The notes beneath the pieces are model-generated. The model worked only from the letters and a program-made list of their open reading frames with translations, ran no database searches and was not told the origin of the DNA. From positions 251,534,001-251,598,000 of the forward strand of contig OZ024741.1 of NCBI GenBank assembly GCA_964016885.1: a stretch of DNA of 64,000 bases, written 5' to 3'. Position 1 is the first letter of the stretch; each line of letters begins with the position of its first letter. This stretch comes from Eledone cirrhosa (Eukaryota). Shown here in pieces: positions 39,344-50,754 of the stretch. Both the position numbers and the translations under genes were made by a program.

Positions 39344-39869
39344 GGCGTCACCATTCTAAGGGAAATATAGAATGAAGATGGTAAATAATGAGCTTGCTTA
39401 TTGAGAAACACAAAATTCTAAACATATTTGATATGTTTTGGTTCATTATTTGTATTTAATGGCTCCAAACCTCTTAACTTGTTGAGCTCAGTGGCTATAG
39501 TTACTGCTCCTATTTCTAGCGGAGTTATCGTCCATCTTGTGGATATTTATTTGCCTCTGGTCTAGTGCGTTTCACCATGTGCTTCTCAGCATGGTGGATG
39601 CGTTGGACTTAGCTGTGGATATTCCCAGGTATATTGATTTATTTACCATCTTCATTATATTTCCCTTAGAATGGTCAGACTAAACCTCTGATGAGTACCT
39701 GAGTCTTTAATCATAATTGATCTTCGATGATCAAACATATTGATTGATTTTTTTTTTTTTTCAAAGATCAATTACATATTTTCCATGGAAAAGGAGTACA
39801 AAAATAGACAGGATCACACAGGAATAGATACAGAAAATAAAAGTAGTCAAAGTAAAGAAAAACATAGCT

Positions 39870-41480
39870 GACTAATCAGGGGGAAATACATGTCAAATTG
39901 ACTTTGTTCTCATCAGCAAGCAAGACAGGAGAATGGCCATAATTGCCAAATCTTTTCTTGGGGAAGAATGCACTTCACAACATAGATTAGTTGTCAGTGA
40001 CTTTAGAGTAAAGGCGAGACGAACCAAGAGACAAAAGCCAGTCAGGATAAAGAGATGATAGAATCTGGAAGAACTCTCAGCTGGCAACAAATTCAGTGAC
40101 ATACTACAGGAAGCCTAAGAGAGGAAGGAAGAGGAGTTGGAAACCAATAGCATAGAGAAGATTTGGGAATTTCTATGAATCACTCTATGCAAAGCCACAA
40201 ACCAGGTCAGCAGCTGGAGAAAAGTCCCAACAAGATGGATGGTGATGTGATGGTGGAATGAGCCATAAAAACAAAAAGACACACAAAAGAAAAACAATAA
40301 AAAGGAGGCAAGTGGTAAATATAGAGCAATGCCTAACACCTAGAAGATAGGCTAGTCACCAGGTATACTTAGCTAGGGAAGAAGCACAAAAGATGTTTGC
40401 AAATGTTCTTCTAGATTGTGAGGATCAGAGATGTGAGGTGTTCTGGATTGCAAGAGAGTGTGTTAGAGAAAAAACAAGACATAGTTGAGGAAAATTGTGT
40501 GTGAAATAATAGTGGAACACTTGCCCACTCTGGCACTGAGAAGAAAGAAGCATGGAAGTCCTATTATGAGAGACTGCTGAATGAAGAAATTAAATCAGGC
40601 AATGAAGGACTACCCCATGTAGACTCAACTGAGGAAACAGCTATAAACATTGTCAGTGGGGAAATAGATAAAAACTACTGAAGATATGAAGGTAGCAAAG
40701 GTTGTTGGACCATCTAATATAGTTGTTTAACCCTTTAATGTTAAAACTGGCCAAAACCAGCCAGAATTCTCTACCTTTTTCTGTTGAAACTGGCTATAAC
40801 TGGTCACTCAAACTGATGTTAAGGTATTTTTCTCAAAATAAATACTTTCAAAATCTCACAGATTCGATATTATGTGAGATAATTATGTGAGATGAAACAT
40901 TTACCATGAAAATATAATAGTATATATAGAGTAATTGTTTCTACTTTTGGCACAAGGCCAGCAATTACCCAGTACATTACTGGTACTTTATTTTATCGAC
41001 CCCGTAAGGATGAAAGGCAAAGTTGACCTCGGCGGGATTTGAACTCAGAATGGAAAGGGCCGTAATTCTATGCGTCAAAGCATGACGTCCGACCCTCTAC
41101 CGATACTGCCAATCCATCATAGAGTAATGTGAATGCTAAAGGGTTAAATGCTAAAAGCATCTGGTATGTTAGGTTATTTGCATAGTTAATGAAGTTGTCC
41201 AATACGGTGTCATACCCAATGACTGGTGCAATGGAGACACTAGAGAAAGGTAACTACAGACACATCAAGTTGATGAACTAGGTCATCACATTTAGCACAA
41301 CTAATTGGAAACAGAGTTAAGTTAGATGCCAAGTAGGAAGGGGTCTGCTACCAATGCCTTCTTCCTGGTGAGATAACTACAGAAGTACTTGTCTAACAGT
41401 AAACAATTGTACTTGGCTTTTGTGGATCTGGAGAAGGCTTTGGCCAAGTCCTTGCCCTATAATCTGGTGAGCATGAAGGA
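39870..41480 (+). mobile_element. RTE-clade LINE fragment (endonuclease C-terminus to start of RT), interrupted by a MITE and a SINE
   Basis: Translates to SGGNTCQIDFVLISKQD...LGEECTSQHRLVVSDF, *WWNE and LYLAFVDLEKA, with stops and frameshifts. Confidence 0.85.
40731..41143. mobile_element. piggyBac-type MITE with nested SINE, inside the RTE LINE
   Basis: TTAA TSDs at 40727 and 41144; internal SINE flanked by ATAGAGTAAT duplication (40926-40935, 41119-41128). Confidence 0.85.
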
Positions 41481-42469
41481 TTTTAGGTGTAGACTTAACT
41501 TATTTGATTATCCTGTGAGTGTGCAGGTGAAACTTCAGAGCAACAAGACTCACTACTTAGCTATAATAAATGAATATTTAAACCCTAATTCGGTACAAAG
41601 TATTCATTCTCACATGACACATGCATGTATGGAAGATAGCAGTTGCATTAAAAAAAATGGCAAAGAAATCTCAATAGCTGGGGACGAGGTTTTGAAGATT
41701 GACCTTAAAAAAATAAATCTCACAACAGAGAAGACAAAGGACGAGGAGAGCTGACACTATACTGTGCAGGTAAATCCCAACCAACAACATATAATGTAAT
41801 TGATCCTCATGCCCCCTCCCCCTCATTCACTAGAACACCTTAGCAGCTATCACCACCAACACTACATATCCCCACTCCAGCCATGTCCCCTCCAGTATCA
41901 CTAACACTCTCACTATCACACCCAACGTTCAGTTGTATCACAGTGCAACAACCTCTCTAGTGTTGGTGATCTGCCTGATAAATGCACCCAGTACACATTG
42001 TAAATTGTGGCACCCTTCAGTTGTGTTAAAGACAGCACAACCTCTCTTGTACACTCAGTAGAATTTGAGACTATACATAAGTGAGATGCAAAAGCTCCTG
42101 GACTCTCTGGGAGGTAAGTAGCCCCGATATCATCATAGTGATATCATGACCAGTCCAGGCAGTCTCCATGTCATTGACTCTTTGTTTGTATCTTGTAGTG
42201 TCCCAGTAAGGATTACATAACTAAATTTATTATGTTAATACCCTCTGATGATATTGTTGATATATATATATCATCATCACCGTTTAGCAGCCATTTTCCA
42301 TACTTGCATGGGTCAGGCAGGTCATCCATGTTGAGAGACATGTCTGGCTAGAATTGGCCACACTGTACTTTGCTCTGATTGGATTGTAAATTTGGCTGGG
42401 GATTTTACAGCTGGATGCTTTTCCTAACAACAACCGCATTTTCAGTATATATATATATATATATATATA

Positions 42470-42818
42470 TGGAGGCACATGGCTTAGTGGTTAAAGCATT
42501 GGCCTTGCAATCGAAAGGTTGTGAGTTCAATTCTCAAACAGGGTGGTGTGTTGTTTCCTTGAGCAAGACACTTTATTTCACATTGCTCCAGTTTACTCAG
42601 CTGTAGAAATGAGATGATAGGGACTGGGGTCCATATCATTCCACTGCAAAGTGGACGTGGAGGTGCCACGGCAAAAAAGCACCCAGCACTCACTGTAAAT
42701 GAGGTTGGTGTTAGGAAGGGCATCCAGCTGTAGAAATCAAGCCAGAATCAGTTCCCGTCCCACCCTTGCAAGCAGGGAAAAGCGAACGTAAAATGATGAT
42801 GATGATGATGATGATGAT
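42470..42818 (+). mobile_element. Composite SINE (tRNA head + LINE-like 3' tail ending in (GAT)n)
   Basis: tggcttagtggtt A-box, gagttcaattc B-box, ccttgagcaagacac domain, ggaagggcatccagctgtagaaa tail and (GAT)n. Confidence 0.8.
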
Positions 42819-43075
42819 ATATAAATATACACACACACACACTTAAAGTAAGATAAAGCAAATAACTGAATTAGACCAATGGTATAAATTTAGATAATTC
42901 AGGTAGGTAGTGATGACCTGAATGATGTACACAAAAGAATTTGAATAAATTCAAATTAATATCTCTTAGTTGGAGGAAAAAAATAGAAAGCGACTGACAA
43001 TTATAAATGTCTTTCAAAGAAAAGTGAAGATAATATCAGGAAATTTGATCTTTCTATCTTGATCTCTCTCTCTCT

Positions 43076-43160
<85 letters not shown>

Positions 43161-43230
43161 TATATGGATATGTGTGTGCATGTATATTGTTTATGTATGA
43201 GTGTTTGCTTGAATATCTGTGTATATATGT

Positions 43231-43263
<33 letters not shown>

Positions 43264-43481
43264 GGAAAATAGATGTAAAACAGTGATGATGATGATGATG
43301 GTTATACCTACATATATATATTATAAATTTATATCTGGACAAACAGTAGATGTTTATAACTGAAGCTGTGAGAAATGTATGTACACATACTTTAAAAAAA
43401 TATATATATATATATATTCAAGCATGTAAACAACATGTCATATTTATGTATTTTTCCAGATAAATATATAAATATGGCATT

Positions 43482-43513
<32 letters not shown>

Positions 43514-43782
43514 CGTGTGTGTGTTTGTGTGTGTATATCATATTCATATATTTCTCTGGAGAAATACATAAATATGACATGTTTACATGCTTGAATATAT
43601 AAAAAAGAAATGTGTTTACATATGCATTCCTTGTAGTTTTTGGTTAAAAACCTGTACTATTTGTACAGATATAAATTTATAATGTACTTCAACTGCATAA
43701 TTCTATGTGTGATATAAATATATATATGTATATATGTATATATATATATATATATACACATATATATATATATATAAATATA

Positions 43783-43948
43783 TAGGAACAAGTAAGACCC
43801 CGACGGCTGAGCTCAAGAATTAGCCGTCGAAACGGCTTGAGCTCAGCCGTCGGGGTCTTACTTGTTCCTATTACCCACTCTACTACCCTAAGTATTGAGT
43901 ACTTTGGTGCGTTATGGTCCACCTGGTTCCTTACCACATTTCCTTCGT

Positions 43949-43950
<2 letters not shown>
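43783..43950. mobile_element. Fold-back Penelope-pLTR-like fragment with hammerhead 3' half (second copy)
   Basis: Near-identical to 26724-26931 in the opposite orientation, with a short 5' inverted piece; in (TA)n. Confidence 0.6.
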
Positions 43951-43992
<42 letters not shown>

Positions 43993-44079
43993 CATACACA
44001 CACACATATATATACATATATATACATGCACACACACACATATATATATATACACACATGTACACACACACAGACACAG

Positions 44080-44112
<33 letters not shown>

Positions 44113-44166
44113 CACACAAGTGGAGAGATGGTGTGCTGAATAGGACCCATCCCACCCTTGCAAGCA

Positions 44167-44244
<78 letters not shown>

Positions 44245-44250
44245 AACGAC

Positions 44251-44289
<39 letters not shown>

Positions 44290-44452
44290 ATATATATATA
44301 TTATACGTGGGGAGGGTCATATTGTTGTAATACTATTGCCGGAAATAATAACAGAAGACACTCACTGTTTGGTTGGTTTTCGCTTCTGCATCTTTTATAT
44401 CTCCATAGTTAATTCATTTGGCCATCAATGTTTATCATTGACTGACACATAT

Positions 44453-44483
<31 letters not shown>

Positions 44484-44831
44484 AAGCCGACTTTTATAAA
44501 ACAGATGCCAAGCACTCAACCATATATGTTTATCCGGAGTCTTGACTTATGTTATACAAAAGTCATACATCTTCGAAATACGTATATTAAAATAAATAGG
44601 GATGGACTAAAGTAACTGTCTTTTTATTATTATTATAATATATATAGGTTAACTTTGCCTTTCATCCTTATGGGATCGATAAAATAAAGTACCAGTAATA
44701 CACTGGGTAATTGCTGGCCTTGTGCCTAACGTAGAAACAATTATTATAATATATATATATACCTAATTTCATTGAGCTGATATGGTAAAAGAACAAATGT
44801 ATTGTATTTCTATCTAAATTTCTTATATATA

Positions 44832-45302
44832 CTAGCAGAAAACCACCCTTTGGGTGGTTTTCTGCTAGCATGTGTAGTGTGTATATTGATATCATATGCA
44901 AGTATATATGCATGTAGATAAGATACATCAAATAAAATCGTAATTGACAATATACACAGAAATTGAACGAATTTTGCGCTACACTGTCTTATTTAATCAG
45001 TAACGTAATCCATGATACATTAAAAAAAGACATTATTATATATAAACTGCATTAGGAGAAAATTAGTGACAGAAATATATGAATATTTATTTAAACGATC
45101 GCTAACCGGAAGTGTTGACATTTGAAAATGTTAAAAAGTGAATTTTTAAATAAGTAATAAAATATATTTAATGAACAGCTACAAAATTTAGTAGATAAAT
45201 TATGTAATATTCATTCATTATTTATTCAAAGTAATCAAACTTATTTTACTAAGGGGATAAAAAATTATAAACCATACGCAGTCCCGCGCTTCTTACTTTA
45301 TT

Positions 45303-45305
<3 letters not shown>
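44832..45305 (-). mobile_element. Non-autonomous Helitron-like element
   Basis: On the minus strand it begins ctataataaagtaag and ends in the hairpin ctagcagaaaaccaccc-aaa-gggtggttttctgctag with terminal CTAG|T; a related copy lies at 27786-28185. Confidence 0.55.
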
Positions 45306-45351
<46 letters not shown>

Positions 45352-45441
45352 ATTAAAATACTGGAGCGTGTTGGAGTTAAACACATACACTCCATATTCT
45401 TCGGAGCTTCCGGCTTGTATCTGCCGATATTACTTCTTGTT

Positions 45442-45498
45442 GTTTTAATTGCCCTGATGAGTCCTTAATAGGATGAAACATTGTCGGCTAATAAAAAC
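45442..45498 (+). ncRNA. Canonical minimal type I hammerhead ribozyme
   Basis: gcc CTGATGA gtcct-taat-aggat GAAA cattg TC ggc t AATAAA: intact core, GUC cleavage site predicted after 45485. Confidence 0.8.
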
Positions 45499-45534
45499 TT
45501 TTGATGTATTAAAGGCTTCTTTGTTTTTACTCTC

Positions 45535-45580
<46 letters not shown>

Positions 45581-46103
45581 AAGAACTGTATGTAAACACC
45601 AGTCAAGTCATTATAATGACTTTTAATATTAGCAGAGTAATTTAGGGAAAAAGTTGATGCAATACTTGACTGGTACTTCATTTTATCACCCTGCCCTCTT
45701 TCACTGAAAGGATGAGAGGCAAAGTAGACCTCCGCAGGATTAAAACTGAGAACGGAAAATCCAATAACAAACAGCACAAACCATTTGTCTGTTGTTTTAA
45801 TGACACTGCTAATTCAGTGCCATTTCTTAATCAGTCAACAAGATCCCACACCTCATTTACTTACCAAATGGGGTGGAACTCATCAAATCAGAGCTGGAAA
45901 ACAATATTTTAATTGGTCTTTCCATTGCCAATACCATCTACCGGTCGCAACTCCTGGGAGAAGGACCAATGTGAAATAAATGTCTTGCTCAAGGGCATAA
46001 CACATCACTCACACCAGGAATTGAACTCACAGCCTCATGATTGTGAATCCAGATCCCTAACCTCTAGGCCACATGCATTCACAAGACATACTGGCGATAT
46101 AGT

Positions 46104-46410
46104 CAGGGTTAGATTTGGACCTTGGGAGGCCCAGGGGATTTCAAGTTTGGGTGGGGGGCTCATACACAAAAGATTAGAGTACACAGTAAAGCCCCGAATT
46201 TTACATATCAAAGTTAGCTTGCCACAAGTAATTAGAATTTAAAAGTTATACATACAGGTATTAAATTCAAAAATTCTAACCATCCTAAAACTAAAAAGAC
46301 CAGCTGAAGGCACAAATAGTTACAGCCATCGCTGGTCCTCCCCCCCCCCCCCCCCACTGCATGGGACCCAGAGCAATTACCCCCTTTGGCCCCCATGAAA
46401 TCCTGCCTTC
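46104..46410. mobile_element. hAT (Tip100-like) MITE, degenerate
   Basis: cagggttagattt / aaatcctgccttc ends; imperfect 8-bp TSD gatatagt/attatagt. Confidence 0.5.
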
Positions 46411-48325
46411 ATTATAGTGCCACTCTATTAACTCTAGTTTATTAAAATCTTAGAAAGTAACATCATTGCAACACCACTTCCTTCAATTGACTGTATCACA
46501 ACTCCATTGAGAGTAGTTCGATGACAGGAATTAGAGGGTGATGACATACTATTTGGAATCCTATAAAATTAATTGATAAAGAAGCAAATCACCTTATAGA
46601 ACACTGCATATAATATTACTCTGCACATATGTTTGTCACAACAATGGTTTCTACAATAGGCAAAAGGCCAACCATTTTAGGGGAGGGGAAAATTGATTAA
46701 ATTGACCACATTGCATTACTGGTACTTTATTCTATCGAGCCCATAGGGATGAAAGGCAAAGCTAACCTAGGATACCCTAGATTGCATTGAACTGCGCATC
46801 TCTACCACATGTTGGCTACATTACTATTGCTGCACCATGCAAAAGTATCAACACTCAGTAAGAGAACCCATGTAGTGTGACACTGTATATATGTTTGTAA
46901 AAATGCTGTAACACCATCTTGTAGTATATACCATGCCATGTTACACTGCACACCTCTACCACATGTTGGCCACATTACTGTTGCTGCTACATGCAACATA
47001 CAACAGTCACACCATATCACATTACACTGCATATCTCTACAGCATGTTTGTTGCAATGCCCTAGCCTATATGAGTAACCCCACCCTTTAGTATACACCAT
47101 ATCACATGATACTGTATACCTCTACATCATGTTGCTGCAACTGTAACATCACCTTGTAGGATACATCATGTAGTGTGACATAGCATACCTCTACCACATG
47201 TTTGTTACAGTACACTAACATGACTGACTGATTGAGGCACTCCGTCAGTCATGATGACGAGTGTTCCAGTTGATCTGATCAACAGAAAAGCCTGTTCAAG
47301 AAATTAACATGCAGGTGGCTAAGAATTCCACAAACATACATACCCTTAATGTAGTTCTTAGAGAGAATCAGCATGACACATAATGTGACAAGGCTAGACA
47401 TTCAAACTACAGGTACAACTCATTTTTGCCAGCTGAGTGGACTGGCGCAACATGAAATAAAGTGACTTGCTCAAGGGCACAATGCACTGCTTGGAATCGA
47501 ACTCACAACCTTTCAATTGTAAGCCAAATACCCAAACTGTAAGGCCACGCACCTTCAATACTGTAACATACAACATAAACGACTACCATCATTCTCTAGG
47601 ACGCAACATGTATTGCATTGCACATTTCTACCTCTTGTCAGTCACATGTATCATACAACATGCAACATGCAGCCTAGTGTGATAACACATGCATTATATG
47701 TTTGCAAATAACAGGAACAGTGCAACAAGTGCACATTCAGGCTGCAACACATTGCAATGCTAGGTTCATAACTCAGCTACAATACACACAACACCAAATG
47801 TATTTATGCAGCAGTGTTTTCTGCTGCACACTTGCTATCAGACATTTATCTACTGCAGTTTTGCAGAGTAATCCACATAGCATCAATTGCAAGAGTGCAG
47901 CTAAACTGCAGCAGTTTTCAAGTATCAGATTCTACTACATCTAATGATGGTGCATAAGTGCATGCGTAATTATTTGTGTAAGAATGTAGGTCTCTTTCAA
48001 CTATGTGTCTGTATGTGTATTTATATGTGTATGTGTGTATGTGTGTATGTGTGTTTATTGTACACTGTACCCCCGGTACAGTGTACAATAAATACACATT
48101 CATGGTCCAACATTCACTGTTCCAGTATTCAGTGTCCCAGCATTCATAGTCCTGGCATTCGCAGCTGCGGTTATTCACGGAATTTTCCTTAGAACCTAAC
48201 TAGTAATTGTTCGTGGAAACCACCGCATATTTGCAGGATCATAAATATCTCCCACAACATTTTAATGGCTCTTTTTCTGACAATATATATCTTTTTACGC
48301 TCTTTAACACTAAATTATTAATAAC

Positions 48326-48862
48326 TGTTTCTACTTTAGGCACAAGGCCAGCAATTACCCAGTGCATTACTGGTACTTTATTTTATCGACCCCGTAAGGA
48401 TGAAAGGCAAAGTCAACCTCGGCGGGATTTGAACTCAGATAATTGTTTCTACTTTAGGCACAAGGCCAGCAAATACCCAGTGCATTACTGGTACTTTATT
48501 TTATCGACCCCGTAAGGATGAAAGGCAAAGTCAATCTCGGCGGGATTTGAACTCAGATAATTGTTTCTACTTTAGGCACAAGGCCAGCAAATTACCCAGT
48601 GCATTACTGGTACTTTATTTTATTGACCCCGTAAGGATGAAAGGCAAAGTCAACCTCGGCGGGATTTGAACTCAGATAATTGTTTCTACTTTAGGCACAA
48701 GGCCAGCAATTACCCAGTGCATTACTGGTACTTTATTTTATCGACCCCGTAAGGATGAAAGGCAAAGTCAACCTCGGTGGGATTTGAACTCAGATCGTAA
48801 AGGGACATAACTATGCTGGAAAGCATGGCGTCCGACCCTCTACCGATACTGCCAATCCACCG
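48326..48862 (-). mobile_element. SINE with a 4x tandem 118-119 bp internal unit
   Basis: One tRNA-like head at 48800-48862 and four near-identical body/tail units; 18-bp TSD cactaaattattaataac (48308, 48863). Confidence 0.9.
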
Positions 48863-49667
48863 CACTAAATTATTAATAACAATATATAATATTTTCCGGT
48901 CTATATTTTATGTTATATTTTGATGTTTATAGGCATTTTTGTGGACCACGTTCAATATTTGCGATTTTTCACTCTTCGGGGTGCTCTAGGACTGTAACCC
49001 CCGTGAATACCAGGGGGACAACTGTATATGTATGTATGGACCTGTAACTTCCGATTGAGTTGTAGTAGCACTGAAGTGACATACAGCATATCAGAGCTAT
49101 TCTTTCTTCAGGTGTGAATAGGGAAGGAGAGAATGAGAGACAAAGAAAGAGAGGAAGTGAGAAAAAGAGAGGCAGAGGGAGTACCACCCCAACCCTGGAC
49201 TGGTACTTATTTTATCAGCCTTAAAATGATAATGGTATTTATTTTAATGACCTTAAAAAGATAAAAAGCAAAGTTGACCATGATATGATTTGAACTTGGA
49301 ACGCAGAATGACAGAAGAAACACTACAATGTATTCCATCCGATATTCTAACAATTCTACTAATTTGCCATTTATGTGTTGTATATAATACAGTTTTAAAG
49401 ATTTAGACTAATTTAATGATTTAGTCAGAATCTATGAGACTGTGGGAGGAAGGTAGAAAGTTACCCTCTAATGGGAAATTAGAGCCCAAATTCTTGCAAC
49501 AGAGTGAAGTCTGATTCAGGCACTAATGGTCCAATGTGTGATGTATGTATGCATGGATCCATAACTCCTCATAGAGTCATGGGGGCATAGTGGTTATATG
49601 GTATGTCATGGGTATATTAAACCTGGTTGAGCCCATTTCTGATATATATACATACATGCATATAAAC

Positions 49668-49716
<49 letters not shown>

Positions 49717-49719
<3 letters not shown>

Positions 49720-49924
49720 GGTGGGCCAAAAGTCACTTCCTATTAAAATAAATTCATAATGTTGTTTATTAAAATATTACATTTTTTTAAAATTTCAGAT
49801 TAAAGTTGAATAAAAACAAGATCCAATTAGGAAATTTAATTTAAAGATAAAAAAATTAGTTTTGAGTTAATTTGTAATGTTTTATTACTAAAAATAGGTA
49901 AGAAGTGACTTTTTGCCCACACTG
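49717..49924. mobile_element. Tc1/mariner-type MITE
   Basis: TA|CAGGGTGGGCCAAAAGTCACTTC...GAAGTGACTTTTTGCCCACACTG|TA. Confidence 0.85.
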
Positions 49925-49950
49925 TATGTATATATATATATGCAGAGGGG

Positions 49951-50105
<155 letters not shown>

Positions 50106-50754
50106 GGAATGAGAAAGAGAGAAAGAGAGAGAGAGAGAGAGAATCAACCTCAGTACTGGACTGGTAAATTTTTATTGAATTAAAAAAGATGAAAGGCAAA
50201 GTTGACCTTGACCTTGACCCTGGCAGAGTTTGAACTTAGAGAGCACCACTGAGAGGTGGATTGAATACAGTAAAGTATTCTATCTGACATTCCAACGATA
50301 CTGACAATTTGCTGCCAATGATGTTATGCTGTGTGATATATTAAGTTTACAGTATAGTGTGGTCCTGTAACTCCTGATAGTGTCGTAGGGGCGGTGTATT
50401 GACATACAGTGTTTCTTTGGCATTTTAAACCTGGCAGCAGAGCCCATCCTTCTTCAGGCCTGAGTACTACAGATTTCTTCCAGAGAGAGGAAGAATCGAC
50501 CCCCAGTACTAGACTGGTACTTTTTTTATCAACCTTGAAAGGATGAAAGGTAAAGTTGACCTCGGCGGGATTTGAACTCAGAGAGCAGAGAACTGGAATG
50601 AATACCATAAAGCCTTCTAACCCTCGTTCTAATGACTCTGCCAATTTGCACAATATGTCACACATTGTTGTGTGTCACTCTACACTATGACTCACTACAT
50701 TGTGCTACAGACTACCATGTCTTACAATAATATACTGTCTGTACACTGTGACTT

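Noticed and set aside
42470-42545. tRNA genes at A-box/B-box motifs
   Set aside because: No cloverleaf; each continues into a SINE body.
26720-45305. Inverted segmental duplication between 26.7-28.6 kb and 43.8-45.3 kb
   Set aside because: The shared elements are not collinear and differ in divergence; independent insertions into TA tracts fit better.
48950-49025. pogo/Tigger-like terminal repeat
   Set aside because: Only one plausible end seen; no matching TIR found.
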